NCBI GenBank assembly: GCA_050010215.1
Contig: JBEKLL010000003.1
Location: 19,888-83,887 of the forward strand
From: Gaiellaceae bacterium
GTDB taxonomy: Bacteria > Actinomycetota > Thermoleophilia > Gaiellales > Gaiellaceae
Length of the DNA: 64,000 nucleotides
Direction: 5' to 3'
Shown: positions 1 to 11,618 of the stretch, piece after piece
Layout: every line of letters starts with the position of its first letter
Numbering within the stretch: position 1 is the first letter of the stretch
The notes under the pieces: model-generated
The model's database searches: none
What the model was told of the DNA's origin: nothing
Seen by the model: only the letters and a program-made list of their open reading frames with translations
Translations under genes and position numbers: made by a program

Positions 1-26
1 CGATTCGAGCTCGGGCAAGGACGAAG

Positions 27-248
27 ATGGCGCGGCGTAAGCTCGTTGCCGGATTGATCCTCGCCGCAGGGTCGATTGCCGGCGCCTTCTACATCCGCCA
101 GCAGCTGAGCGCGAGCCCGGGCGAACGGGTAGATCTCTACTTCGCGGACGGCACGCTGCTAGAACTCGAACCCGAAGCAGCCGTTACCGAGGAGCTGCTG
201 ACACTGGGCCGAGAACTTCTCGCCAGCGCCCATCCGGAGGGGTCGTGA
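27..248 (+). CDS. small hypothetical protein with one N-terminal TM helix
   Basis: 73-aa ORF. Hydrophobic segment LVAGLILAAGSIAGAFYI. Stop overlaps the pyrE GTG start (GTGA), suggesting coupling. No recognisable family. Confidence 0.4.
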   Translation: MARRKLVAGLILAAGSIAGAFYIRQQLSASPGERVDLYFADGTLLELEPEAAVTEELLTLGRELLASAHPEGS

Positions 249-802
249 ACGAGCAGGTGTTGAAGAGAGAGCTGGTCGCGCACGCCTATCTCGAGGGAGA
301 TTTCGTGCTTCGCTCGGGTCGGCGCTCTCGTTATTACCTCGACAAGTACCGCTTCGAGACCGTGCCCGAGCTACTCGGGGCGATCGGCGAGAGAATCGCC
401 ATCGCCGTTGCCGAGCACGAGCCGAATGCCATCCGGCTGGCGGCTCCCGAGCTGGGGGCCGTGGCCCTTGCCGCCGCCGCCTCACTTGCCTCTCAACTTC
501 CTTTTTTGATCGTGCGCAAGGAGGCAAAGCGGTACGGCACCTCGAACAAGCTCGAAGGTGTAAGCAATCCAGGGGAGTTGGTCTGTCTGGTTGAGGACGT
601 AGTGACTTCGGGCGGAGCCGCCCTACAGGCCGTCGAGGCGGTCCGGGAGGCCGGTCTCATCTGCTCTACGGCCATCTGCGTCGTCGACCGCGAGGAGGGT
701 GGATACGACGCGCTCGCGCGTCACGGAGTGCGGTTGTGGCCGCTATTCCGCGCAAGTGATCTTCGAGAGCAAGCAAAAAGCGCCGCAAACCCGCATGGTT
801 GA
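245..802 (+). CDS. pyrE: orotate phosphoribosyltransferase
   Basis: PRPP-binding motif LVEDVVTSGGA. Typical PyrE N-terminus (GDFVLRSGRRSRYYLD). Length 185 aa. Confidence 0.9.
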   Translation: MNEQVLKRELVAHAYLEGDFVLRSGRRSRYYLDKYRFETVPELLGAIGERIAIAVAEHEPNAIRLAAPELGAVALAAAASLASQLPFLIVRKEAKRYGTSNKLEGVSNPGELVCLVEDVVTSGGAALQAVEAVREAGLICSTAICVVDREEGGYDALARHGVRLWPLFRASDLREQAKSAANPHG

Positions 803-864
803 GCGAAATGCGTTCGCCTGTTAGGGTCTGACGGTAGAAAAGATGTCGATGAGGAGGAGAGCAC

Positions 865-1137
865 GTGACGAAGCAGGAGTTCGTTGATCTGGTCGCCTCG
901 AAGAGTGGTATGTCGAAACGAGATGCCGGTGAAGCTGTGGATGCCGTGCTCGGATCGATCGAGGCCGCTCTCAGGGATGGCAAGGACGTGACCTTCACCG
1001 GGTTCGGGAAGTTCTCCGTTGCCCACCGCGCTGCGCGAACGGGAGTGAATCCCCGGACCGGCGAGCGGCTGATGATTGCCGCCTCCAAGGTGCCCAAGTT
1101 CTCGCCCGGTAGTGCACTCAAGCAGGCGGTCCGCTAG
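865..1137 (+). CDS. hup: HU family nucleoid-associated DNA-binding protein
   Basis: 90 aa with the HU signature GFGKFSV..R.ARTGVNPRTGE. GAGGAGGAG SD upstream of the GTG start. Confidence 0.9.
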   Translation: MTKQEFVDLVASKSGMSKRDAGEAVDAVLGSIEAALRDGKDVTFTGFGKFSVAHRAARTGVNPRTGERLMIAASKVPKFSPGSALKQAVR

Positions 1138-1169
1138 GGATCACCAGTCACCTGCGCGAAGGTTTGGAT

Positions 1170-1200
1170 GAGGGCTGCCGCAAGCGGCCCTCATTCGTTT
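1170..1200 (+). terminator. putative intrinsic terminator after hup
   Basis: Hairpin GAGGGCTGC-cgcaa-GCGGCCCTC followed by a T-rich tract (attcgttt). Confidence 0.45.
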
Positions 1201-1240
1201 CCGCACGCGGTCGCCGGTCTGTGTAATAGCCTAACCGGCG

Positions 1241-2179
1241 ATGGAAGATCAAAGGGAGAGCGTCCCCGAACGAGAACTGGCGTTGCCCACCTTCGGCGAT
1301 CGGCTGGCGGAGGCCGTAGAGCAGAAACGAAGCCAACTCGTCGTCGGGCTCGATCCACGCCTAGAGCTGCTTCCGTTGGAGCTGCGCGGAGAGGCCCAGC
1401 ACAGCTCCGAGGGGATCGCCGACGCCTTCTCTCGCTTTTGCCGCGCCGTCGTCGATGCGGTCGCTCCCTACGTGGTCTGCGTAAAGCCGCAGCTCGCGTT
1501 CTTCGAGCTCTACGGCTCCGCCGGCCTACGCGCGCTCGAGGAGGTCTGCGCGCACGCCCGTGACTCCGGCCTGCTCGTGATCGCGGACGCAAAGCGCAGT
1601 GACATCGGCTCGACGGCGCGGGCTTATGCGGGCGCCTACCTCGAGCCGCGCGGTACGAACCCACCGCTGGCGGATGCGCTGACGGTAAATCCCTACCTGG
1701 GGCGCGACGCACTCGAGCCCTTCCTGCTGGCTTGCCAGCGTCACGGCGGTGGCGTCTTCACCTTGCTCAAGACCTCGAACCCGGGCAGTAGCGATCTGCA
1801 GGATCTGATGCTCTCGGACGGACGGCCGGTCTGGCACCACCTGGCTCTGCTCTTGCAGGAGCCGGCCGAGACGCTGGTCGGCTCGAGCGGACTCTCCAGC
1901 CTCGGTGTCGTTGTCGGAGCCACCTATCCGCGGGTGATCGGAGAGGCCAGGCGCTTGCTTCCGCGTTCAATCATCCTGCTGCCCGGCATCGGCGCGCAGG
2001 GGGCGAGCCCGGCGGACGTGGCCCGTGCTTTCACCAGCGGTCCCGCGAGCGCGCTCGTCAACGCCTCGCGTTCGGTCATCTTCGCCTACCGTGCCGCCGA
2101 GGAGATCGACTGGCGCGAGGCGTCCGGTCGCGAGGCGGCGCGGCTGCGCGATGAGATCTGGGCGGCCTCGGGCTGGTAG
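1241..2179 (+). CDS. pyrF: orotidine 5'-phosphate decarboxylase (type 2)
   Basis: Motifs VVGLDP and DAKRSDIGSTA. About 310 aa, the long actinobacterial type. Confidence 0.9.
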   Translation: MEDQRESVPERELALPTFGDRLAEAVEQKRSQLVVGLDPRLELLPLELRGEAQHSSEGIADAFSRFCRAVVDAVAPYVVCVKPQLAFFELYGSAGLRALEEVCAHARDSGLLVIADAKRSDIGSTARAYAGAYLEPRGTNPPLADALTVNPYLGRDALEPFLLACQRHGGGVFTLLKTSNPGSSDLQDLMLSDGRPVWHHLALLLQEPAETLVGSSGLSSLGVVVGATYPRVIGEARRLLPRSIILLPGIGAQGASPADVARAFTSGPASALVNASRSVIFAYRAAEEIDWREASGREAARLRDEIWAASGW

Positions 2180-2192
2180 CGAGGAACGAGCC

Positions 2193-2537
2193 ATGGGCCG
2201 CCAGCAGCGAAAGCTCACGCACTTCGGCGCCCCCGTCGCGTTCCTGCTCGCAGTGACGATCGTTGTGCTCATTCTCCATGGTGGCTTCGGCGGTACGACC
2301 TCGAAGCGCTCCAGCACGCAATCGAGCTCGAACACGACCACGACGAAAGCTGCCACAACCTCGCACGTGACCGTCAAGAAACAGGTCTATGTCATCCGCT
2401 CCGGTGACACTCTCGGCGCCATTGCCATACATTTCGGCATCACGGTGGACGATATTCTCGCCCTCAACCGCGGTATCAACCCGACGGCGCTCCGCGTTGG
2501 TCAAAAGATCTACGTCAGGGCGCGAAAGACCAAGTGA
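2193..2537 (+). CDS. membrane-anchored LysM domain protein
   Basis: Internal ATG of ORF 2025-2537. TM helix (VAFLLAVTIVVLIL), Ser/Thr-rich linker, C-terminal LysM (YVIRSGDTLGAIAIHFGITVDDILALN). Confidence 0.7.
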   Translation: MGRQQRKLTHFGAPVAFLLAVTIVVLILHGGFGGTTSKRSSTQSSSNTTTTKAATTSHVTVKKQVYVIRSGDTLGAIAIHFGITVDDILALNRGINPTALRVGQKIYVRARKTK

Positions 2538-3679
2538 AACGAGCGCTACTGCTGGCGGCGCTTGCGCTCACGCTGGCGCTCGCCGGCGCGAGGTCATCGT
2601 CTCTGGCTGCGGGTCGCGCGCCAGGTCGCCCGCTGGTCGACGCCAAGGCCTACTTCGTCGTGAACGCCGCCACAGGCGATGTACTGATGAGCAAGAACGC
2701 GGACGCCCGCCTGCCAATGGCGAGTCTGACCAAGCTGATGACCGTAGTCGTAGCTCTGCAGCGCCTGGCGCTCGACCAGCTGGTCACCGTCTCGAAGTGG
2801 GCTACCCAAGCCGGCGAGGAGAGCGCCTATCTCCGTGCCGGCGAGGAAATCTCCGTTGCCGATCTCGTCAAGGCCGCGCTGATCCAGAGCGCCAACGACG
2901 CCGCCGATGCGCTCGCCGACGCAGCCTCGGGCGGCGATCACAAGCTGTTCGTCTCGTGGATGAACCGCGAGGCAAAGCTGATCGGGCTCGAGAACACTCA
3001 CTTCGTGCGCCCCGACGGCTTGGACACGCCCGGTCACTACTCGAGCGCCAGGGATATCACGCTCCTCGCGCAGTGGGCCGTGAACCTCCCGGTGGTTCGC
3101 GAAGACGTGCGCATGCGGACCGCAATCATCTCCGGCGGGCGCCGGCTCACCACCTGGGACGACCTGCTCGGCGTTTTCCGCGGGGTAGTCGGGGTCAAGA
3201 CCGGGCACACCAACAAGGCGGGCTGGTGCCAGGTCGCGCTCCTGCGCCGCAACGGGCTGCAGATCTACGCCACCATTCTCGGCTCGCCCTCACGCTCGCA
3301 GAGGGACCACGATCTGGCCGCCATGCTGCGCTATGCGCTCTCGAGCTACCAGGTGGTGCCGATCGCCGCGGCCGGCGATTCGCTGTTGAAGGTGGAGACC
3401 GCGTACGGCCAGGGAGCCGTTCCCGTGACCGTCTCGCACTCACTCGAGCTGCCGGTGCGAGTCGACCGCCCGTTGGTTGAGAGGCTGATCGTGCCGCGCA
3501 CTCTTTCGCTTCCGGTCAGGCGGGGCCAGCACGTTGGTGTGGTACGCATCTACTCCGGCGCCGAGCTTCTCAGTACTCGCGATCTTGTCGCGATGCGTTC
3601 CGTCGGCAAGGCGGGCTTTTTCGGCAAGGCGGGCTGGTACGGCAAGCAGACGATCCACGAGCTCTTCGCCTGGGCCTGA
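2534..3679 (+). CDS. D-alanyl-D-alanine carboxypeptidase (peptidase S11, PBP5-like)
   Basis: Signal peptide. SxxK (ASLTK), SxN (SAND), KTG (KTGHT) motifs in the correct order. GTGA overlap with the upstream gene. Confidence 0.85.
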   Translation: MKRALLLAALALTLALAGARSSSLAAGRAPGRPLVDAKAYFVVNAATGDVLMSKNADARLPMASLTKLMTVVVALQRLALDQLVTVSKWATQAGEESAYLRAGEEISVADLVKAALIQSANDAADALADAASGGDHKLFVSWMNREAKLIGLENTHFVRPDGLDTPGHYSSARDITLLAQWAVNLPVVREDVRMRTAIISGGRRLTTWDDLLGVFRGVVGVKTGHTNKAGWCQVALLRRNGLQIYATILGSPSRSQRDHDLAAMLRYALSSYQVVPIAAAGDSLLKVETAYGQGAVPVTVSHSLELPVRVDRPLVERLIVPRTLSLPVRRGQHVGVVRIYSGAELLSTRDLVAMRSVGKAGFFGKAGWYGKQTIHELFAWA

Positions 3680-3806
3680 CGGCAGCTGGATCGAACGGCG
3701 GTCGGCCGGCGCGGAGAACGTACGGCGCCCCGGCGCGGCGGACCGTCTACTCTTGCGGGCGCACGTTTCCGCTTGGCGAACGCCCACCGGATGAGGAGGG
3801 CAACAG

Positions 3807-4763
3807 ATGCTCGTCACCGTAACTCTCAACGCCGCCGTCGATCGCACTCTCACCGTCCCCAACTTCCAGCGCGGGCTACGCCACCGTGCCAGCCAGGCGC
3901 TGACGCTGGCGGGGGGCAAGGGCATCAACATCGCGCGCGCGCTCAAGGCGCTTGGAGTACCGGTCGTGGCGACCGGGCTCGCGGGCGGGCGCACGGGTAC
4001 GCGCATCGTCGAGGAGTTGACGCACGAGTCGATCCTGAACGACTTCGTTCGCATCGAGGGCGAGTCGCGCACCTCGACGGCGGTAGTCGACCCGATGACG
4101 GGCTCGCAAACCGAGATCAACGAATGGGGACCGCACGTCGAGCCGGAAGAGCTTCAGATCCTGCTCGAGAAGCTCCTCTACCTGTCGGCCGACGCCGAGT
4201 GGGTCATATTCGCGGGCACGCTCCCGCGCGGAGTCGGCGATTCCTTCTATGCGGAGGCAATCAAGGAGCTCTCGCGTCGCCACGTACAGAGCGTGCTCGA
4301 CTCCGAGGGAACGGCTTTGCGCCTGGGCGTCGAGGCCGAGCCCTACCTCGTCAGCCCCAACCAGCACGAGGCCGAGAGTCTGATCGGGCAGGAGTTCTCC
4401 GACGAGGAGGATTTCGTCATGGCGCTGGAGACGATCGCCGAGATGGGCGCCCGCAACATCCTTATCAGCCACGAAGGCGGCTGTTACGCCCTGCTCAAAG
4501 AGGAGCGCAAGCTGCGCCGCTACCGGGTCGCGGTCGCGCGCGTGGATCCGGTCTCACCGGTCGGCTCGGGCGACGTGCTTCTGGCCGGTTTCTTGGCCGC
4601 GCGCAGAAGCGGCCGGTCGCTCGAGGAGGCGCTTCGCCTGGCGGTCGGTGCCGCTACCGCTTCGACGCTCGAGACCGGCGCCGGGCGCTTCGACGCCGAG
4701 CAGGCGGCCGAGTTCGCTCGCCGGATCGAGATAACCGAGCTGCAGCCCGTTGCAACACCCTGA
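3807..4763 (+). CDS. PfkB-family sugar-phosphate kinase (1-phosphofructokinase / tagatose-6-P kinase like)
   Basis: N-terminus MLVTVTLNAAVDRT..GGKGINIA and C-terminal GSGD motif typical of the FruK/LacC subfamily. SD GAGGAGG upstream. Confidence 0.8.
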   Translation: MLVTVTLNAAVDRTLTVPNFQRGLRHRASQALTLAGGKGINIARALKALGVPVVATGLAGGRTGTRIVEELTHESILNDFVRIEGESRTSTAVVDPMTGSQTEINEWGPHVEPEELQILLEKLLYLSADAEWVIFAGTLPRGVGDSFYAEAIKELSRRHVQSVLDSEGTALRLGVEAEPYLVSPNQHEAESLIGQEFSDEEDFVMALETIAEMGARNILISHEGGCYALLKEERKLRRYRVAVARVDPVSPVGSGDVLLAGFLAARRSGRSLEEALRLAVGAATASTLETGAGRFDAEQAAEFARRIEITELQPVATP

Positions 4764-4899
4764 AGCAATCGCTTCGCGGTGGAGCCCGAGACGCAACGGC
4801 GATCTGGCTTGCTACGATAGATCGCCACTTGAAAGATCTTGGTGGCATCCGGTTTTCTCGGCCCAGGCGACCTTCAGGCGCCTGGGTTTGTTGCATTGA

Positions 4900-6534
<1,635 letters not shown>

Positions 6535-6577
6535 TGATGGCCAAAACGGCACGACCGAGCGGAGACAGTTGAGCGAA

Positions 6578-8149
6578 GCCCGACCGCTCCCGGCGCCCGA
6601 GCAGACGCCCGAGGAGCGCCCTGTACTCGTCCTCGATCTCGGCGGTCAGTACTCGCAGCTGATCGCCCGGCGCGTGCGCGAGGCGCACGTCTACTCGGAG
6701 CTTGTCTCCTACCGACTCTCGGCCGAGCAGGTGGCGACTCGAAACCCGCGCGCCCTGATCCTCTCGGGCGGCCCGGCCTCGGTCTACGTCGAGAACGCGC
6801 CCCGCATCGACACGAAGCTGTTCGAGCTGGGAGTGCCGGTGCTCGGCATCTGCTACGGAATGCACCTGATGGCGCAGGATCTGGGCGGTAAGGTCGAGCG
6901 GACGGGCGTGGGGGAGTTCGGAAAGACCCAGATGCGGATCGACGCGGGCGTCCTCTTCAGCGAGGAGCTGGCCGGCGAGCAGACCGTCTGGATGAGCCAC
7001 CGCGACTCGGTCACAGCGGTTCCGCCCGGCGCTCGTGTGGTCGCAAGCTCCGCCACGACGCCGCTCGCCGCCTTCGAGGATCCCCAGCGCGGCCTCTATG
7101 CCGTTCAGTTCCATCCCGAGGTCGTCCACACGACGAACGGCCAGCGCATGCTAGAGCGCTTCCTGCATCACGTGGTCGGGATCGAGCCCAGCTGGACGCC
7201 GGCGGCGGTGATCGACGAGCAAGTGGCGCGAATCCGCGCCCAGGTCGGCGCCGAGCGGGTGATCTGCGGACTCTCCGGCGGTGTCGACTCCGCGGTGGCG
7301 GCGCTGCTCGTCTACAGGGCGATCGGCGAGCAGCTCACCTGCGTGCTCGTCGACCATGGCTTCATGCGCAAGGGCGAGGCCGAGCAGGTGGTCGAGGCCT
7401 TCCGCGATCACTTCAAGGTTCCGCTTGTACACGTGCAGGCGCAGGATCGCTTCCTCGCCCGTCTGGAGGGAGTCGAAGAGCCCGAGGCCAAGCGCCACGT
7501 GATAGGCGAGGAGTTCATCCGCGTCTTCGAGGAGCAGGCGGCCAAGCTAGGTGAGATCCACTTCCTCGTGCAGGGCACGATCTACCCCGACGTGATCGAG
7601 TCGGGCGGCGGTACCGCGGGTGTGGCGGCCAAGATCAAGTCGCATCACAACGTCGGCGGCCTGCCCGAGGAGATGGAGATGGAGCTGGTCGAGCCCCTGC
7701 GGCTGCTCTTCAAGGACGAGGTGCGCCGCGTGGGCGAGGAGCTGGGAATGCCGGAGCGCCTGGTCTGGCGGCAGCCCTTCCCGGGCCCCGGACTGGCCAT
7801 CCGCATCATCGGCGAGGTCACGCGCGAGCGCCTCGAGATCCTGCGCGAGGCCGACGCGATCCTCCAGGACGAGATTCGTAACGCCGGCTGGTACCGGAAG
7901 CTCTGGCAGTCCTTCGCCGTCTTGCCGGCCATTCGCTCGGTCGGCGTCCAGGGCGACGAGCGTACCTACGCCTATCCGATCGTGCTGCGCGCCGTCACTT
8001 CCGACGACGCCATGACCGCCGACTGGGCGCGCCTGCCCCACGAGCTGCTGGAGAGAATCTCGAGCCGCATCATCGCCGAGATCCGCGGCGTCAATCGCGT
8101 CGTCTACGACCTCAGCTCGAAGCCACCCGCGACGATCGAGTGGGAGTAA
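6578..8149 (+). CDS. guaA: GMP synthase (glutamine-hydrolysing)
   Basis: GATase (GICYGMH), ATP-PPase SGGVDS motif, C-terminal dimerisation domain ending ATIEWE. Start uncertain: TTG 6578, or ATG 6467 overlapping guaB. Confidence 0.88.
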   Translation, partial: ARPLPAPEQTPEERPVLVLDLGGQYSQLIARRVREAHVYSELVSYRLSAEQVATRNPRALILSGGPASVYVENAPRIDTKLFELGVPVLGICYGMHLMAQDLGGKVERTGVGEFGKTQMRIDAGVLFSEELAGEQTVWMSHRDSVTAVPPGARVVASSATTPLAAFEDPQRGLYAVQFHPEVVHTTNGQRMLERFLHHVVGIEPSWTPAAVIDEQVARIRAQVGAERVICGLSGGVDSAVAALLVYRAIGEQLTCVLVDHGFMRKGEAEQVVEAFRDHFKVPLVHVQAQDRFLARLEGVEEPEAKRHVIGEEFIRVFEEQAAKLGEIHFLVQGTIYPDVIESGGGTAGVAAKIKSHHNVGGLPEEMEMELVEPLRLLFKDEVRRVGEELGMPERLVWRQPFPGPGLAIRIIGEVTRERLEILREADAILQDEIRNAGWYRKLWQSFAVLPAIRSVGVQGDERTYAYPIVLRAVTSDDAMTADWARLPHELLERISSRIIAEIRGVNRVVYDLSSKPPATIEWE

Positions 8150-8205
8150 CCCGTCGGTAGTCGGGCCGCGGAGCGCTGGTCGCCTGTGAGGCGATCGTCC
8201 CACCC

Positions 8206-8256
8206 TCGTCACAAACGCCCCTTGACACCAACCGGTGCCTGACACCGTTTTGGTAG
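8206..8256 (+). repeat. REP-like repeat copy A (TCGTCACAAACGCCCCTTGACACC-aacc-GGTGCCTGACACCG)
   Basis: Same sequence family as the copies flanking the RAYT gene at 30.8-31.5 kb. Confidence 0.75.
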
Positions 8257-8347
8257 AACGCGGAGCCCGCGCGCAAAAGCTCCTGCTAACACCGCGATTT
8301 GTCGACGCGATAGCCGGCTCGGCGACGGTGGAGACAAAGGCGCACTC

Positions 8348-8390
8348 TCGTCACAAACGCCCCTTGACACCCAACGGTGCCTGGCACCGT
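8348..8390 (+). repeat. REP-like repeat copy B
   Basis: TCGTCACAAACGCCCCTTGACACCCAACGGTGCCTGGCACCG. Perfect 7-1-7 dyad CGGTGCC-T-GGCACCG. Confidence 0.75.
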
Positions 8391-8448
8391 TCGAGGCCAG
8401 GATCTCTCCGCGTGGGGAGCGAGAGTAGCGGTGGCGACGCGCGCGGCG

Positions 8449-10233
8449 CTACCGAGTCATGAACCCGAGCTGGGCGCTGTTTGCGTCGGAGGAGAGCACG
8501 AGCCGGAACCTGCCGGCCGGGATGGCCGCCGACCCGAACAGTTCCTTGACCGTTAGCGTGTGCGAGCCGCGGAAGCCACCGTTTCTCCTTACATTGCGCA
8601 CCAGCAGCCAGCTGGCGCCGTTCTTGTACTCGAGCCGGTAGCTGAAGCGGGCGCTCGGCGAGGAGAAGCTGTAGACCAGCTTCACCGTGCGAGCCTGCGA
8701 GCGCTTGAAGCTCTTCCTCGTCAGGTGCACGGAGACCTTTCCGCCCGCTCGGTTGACGCCGCGAACGCGGGCAGCCGCCACAGTGATCTGCCTGGAGGCG
8801 TGCTCGCCGCCGCTGCCGGCCGACAACGTGACGGTGTAGGTTCCCGGCCGCGTGTAGAGGTGCGCCGGCGAGGTGCTCGTCGAGGTTGTCTTGTCGCCGA
8901 ACGACCACGAGTAGGGGCCGGATTTCGTGGACGTATTGGTGTAGCGAACCGTCAGCGGCGCCTGGCCGGTGAGCACGTCGGGCGCGAAGGAGAGCGTCTT
9001 TCCGGGCGGTAGCGAGCCGAGTGCGTCGAGCGTCGCCTTGGCGTCGATCAGCCCGTGGGCGGAGTTGCGGTCGGCGGTCTGGTGAGCTGTCGACTCGATC
9101 GCACCCGCGACCTGGCCGGCCGACGCCAGGGGAGCGTAGGAGCGTGCGAGTCCGGCAAGCCCGGCCACGAAAGGCGCCGCGGCCGACGTCCCGCAAAAGT
9201 AGGTGTAGCCACCGTTCGGTTGGACGGGATTCGCAGGCCAGGTCGTGTTGACGCAGCCGGGCGCGTCGACCTTGACCCAGGCGCCGTAGTTCGAGCCCCA
9301 GTTACCGAAAGGCGTGTTGCCGTTCGCGGTCGAGTAGCGAGCGCCCGTCTCGTTCACCGCGCCCACGGAGATCACACCCGGATAGGCGGCCGGGTAGTCG
9401 GGCGCCGAGGAGTTCTCGTTCCCGGCGGCGGCCACGACCACCACGTTGTGGCTCTCCGCGTAGCTGATGGCGGCGGCGACCGAACGCGAGCCGCTGGGCA
9501 GGCCGAGCGACATGTTGATCACCTTGGCGCCGTGGTTGGTCGCCCAGATCACTCCGGCTGCCACGTCGCTCCAGGTGCCGGAGTTGTCGGCGTCGAGCAC
9601 CTTGACCGGCATGATCGTGCACTTCCAGCAGACACCGGCTACGCCGATGCCGTTTCCACCCTGGGCGGCGATGATGCCGGCGACGGCGGTACCGTGACCG
9701 TTGTCGTCCCAGGGGTGGCTGTCGGAGTTGACGAAGTCGTAGCCGGCCGCGGTCGCGCCCAGATCCTCGTGCTTGCGCGCGATGCCGGTATCGAGGACGG
9801 CGACGACGGTACTTGCGCGGCCCGTGCTGAGCGACCAGGCGTCGGGGACGCGCGGGTTGGCGAGTTGCCAGTAACCGGCGTTGAGAAGGGGATCGTCGGC
9901 GCTGACGCCGGTGCCGTGGACGAGGCCGTCCGACTCGGCGTAGCCGACGAGCGGTGACGCCTCGAGCTCGCGCACGACCGTTGCGCGTGTGCGCGCCGGA
10001 ACGCCGATCACAGAGAGGCCCAGGTGATCGATGGTCTTCAGCCGGCGACCGCCCACCCGCGCGAGCAGCGTGTTCTGCGCGGCGGGCGCCGTGTGCGCGG
10101 CGAAGTGGACGATCACGCTCGCCGTTTTCGCCCTGGCCGGCGTCGCCGAGGAGGCGGCGGCTTGGCCAACGGAGCCGATCGCCGGGAGAACGGCAAGCAG
10201 CACGACGATTGAACAGGGCGGCCGCAGCATCAC
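8449..10233 (-). CDS. secreted subtilisin-like serine protease (peptidase S8) with PKD domain
   Basis: Signal peptide and inhibitor-I9-like propeptide. Catalytic D (VLDTGI), H (HGTAVAG), S (GTSAAAP). PKD-like segment (YSWSFGD...GTYTVTL). Extra C-terminal beta-rich domain. Confidence 0.85.
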   Translation of the reverse strand: MMLRPPCSIVVLLAVLPAIGSVGQAAASSATPARAKTASVIVHFAAHTAPAAQNTLLARVGGRRLKTIDHLGLSVIGVPARTRATVVRELEASPLVGYAESDGLVHGTGVSADDPLLNAGYWQLANPRVPDAWSLSTGRASTVVAVLDTGIARKHEDLGATAAGYDFVNSDSHPWDDNGHGTAVAGIIAAQGGNGIGVAGVCWKCTIMPVKVLDADNSGTWSDVAAGVIWATNHGAKVINMSLGLPSGSRSVAAAISYAESHNVVVVAAAGNENSSAPDYPAAYPGVISVGAVNETGARYSTANGNTPFGNWGSNYGAWVKVDAPGCVNTTWPANPVQPNGGYTYFCGTSAAAPFVAGLAGLARSYAPLASAGQVAGAIESTAHQTADRNSAHGLIDAKATLDALGSLPPGKTLSFAPDVLTGQAPLTVRYTNTSTKSGPYSWSFGDKTTSTSTSPAHLYTRPGTYTVTLSAGSGGEHASRQITVAAARVRGVNRAGGKVSVHLTRKSFKRSQARTVKLVYSFSSPSARFSYRLEYKNGASWLLVRNVRRNGGFRGSHTLTVKELFGSAAIPAGRFRLVLSSDANSAQLGFMTR

Positions 10234-10544
10234 CCTGGAAATCGACCGAGGTAGCGCTGAGTGGGCTAGTCGAGACGCTCTCGCTGTCTACTCGCAGCGA
10301 ACTCGTGCGCTATACACCGGCCAGAAAGGTCGTACCAATTCCGGGGATGGCGGCGCCCAAAAAAAACCGTGAACCCCGCGAGTCGATGAGGAGCCGAATT
10401 AAGAGCGGAACGATCCCTCGATCCGTCTGTGCCGAAAGGGCTTCGCGGCGCGCGAGACCTGGATCTACTCCTTCGAGGATCGCGTCGTCCGGGCGGCGAG
10501 AGGAAAAGATCGGTTAAGTTGCTCCAGGAAACTGCCGAGAAATC

Positions 10545-11585
10545 GTGAAAAGCTTTGGCACCAACATGCAGCTCGGCGACAGCAAGAAACCGACCCCAGC
10601 CTCAGCGGAGCGCTCCCTTCGCAGCAAGGTGAGCGAAAACAAGCGCTCGCTCATCCGCCTCGCGGTGGTGCTCGCACTCGCGCTGATCGCCGGCCTCGTT
10701 GCCTGGCTCGTCGTGGGTGGCGGCGGTAACTCCTCGAAGTCGAGTAGCTCTACTACGGCGGTCGTCTCCGAGCAGGGGCTACAGACGCTGGTTACCGCCC
10801 TCAATGAGCCGGTCTTCTGGGTCGGGCCCGCGCAAGGAGTTCGCTACGCAGTCGAGCAGAGCTCCGGCGGGCAAGTCTACGTGCGCTATCTCAGCGGCAA
10901 GATGAAGCCGGACACGACCACGACCCTGACGGTCGGCACCTATCCGATGGCGAACGCTTACGCGACGACGGTCGCACTCGGTAAGAAAAGCGGTTGGAAG
11001 CGACTTGCGACCGGCACGGGCGGAGTGGCAGCCTTCACCAGTAGCGCCTTCCCGCGTAACGTCTACTTCGCGCAACCGGGCCTCGGCTACCAGATCGAGG
11101 TCTACGATCCGACGCTCGGTCGTGCCGCCGCGCTTGTGCAGGCCGGGCGGGTTCTTCCGGTTACGCAAGGGGAGCGTCTGGGCCTCACGCTTGCTGAGCT
11201 GAAAGCGAAGGTGGCAACGCTCGGGACGACCGTCTACTGGACCGGCCCGAAGCCAGGAGTGACCTACGAGTACACGCGCAGTCCGGGCGGAAACATCTAT
11301 CTACGCTATCTGTCGAGGGGCGTAGCGGTCGGGACCAGCGATACCTACCCGACCGTGGGCACCTACCCGATGTCGAAGGCAACCGCCACCACGCGGGCGG
11401 CGGCCGGGCGAGCCGGTGACGTGCGAGTAAAGCTGGCCGGCGCAGAGGCCTTCTACTCCAAGTCCAAGCCCACGAGCGTTTATGTTGCCTTCGCCGGCTC
11501 CGACTACCAGATCGAGGTCTACGATCCCGTCTCGGCTCGGGCTCTCGCCGCCGTCAAGTCGGGTCAGGTCAGGCCGGTCGGCTGA
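10545..11585 (+). CDS. membrane-anchored protein with two tandem copies of an uncharacterised ~130-aa domain (module protein A1)
   Basis: N-terminal TM anchor, Ser-rich linker, internal duplication (VFWVGP..YVRYL..TVGTYPM..YQIEVYDP occurs twice). Paralog of 19758-20741. Confidence 0.7.
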   Translation: MKSFGTNMQLGDSKKPTPASAERSLRSKVSENKRSLIRLAVVLALALIAGLVAWLVVGGGGNSSKSSSSTTAVVSEQGLQTLVTALNEPVFWVGPAQGVRYAVEQSSGGQVYVRYLSGKMKPDTTTTLTVGTYPMANAYATTVALGKKSGWKRLATGTGGVAAFTSSAFPRNVYFAQPGLGYQIEVYDPTLGRAAALVQAGRVLPVTQGERLGLTLAELKAKVATLGTTVYWTGPKPGVTYEYTRSPGGNIYLRYLSRGVAVGTSDTYPTVGTYPMSKATATTRAAAGRAGDVRVKLAGAEAFYSKSKPTSVYVAFAGSDYQIEVYDPVSARALAAVKSGQVRPVG

Positions 11586-11618
11586 GCGGGAGTCGGCACC
11601 GCCGCTAGCTCCTGGCCG

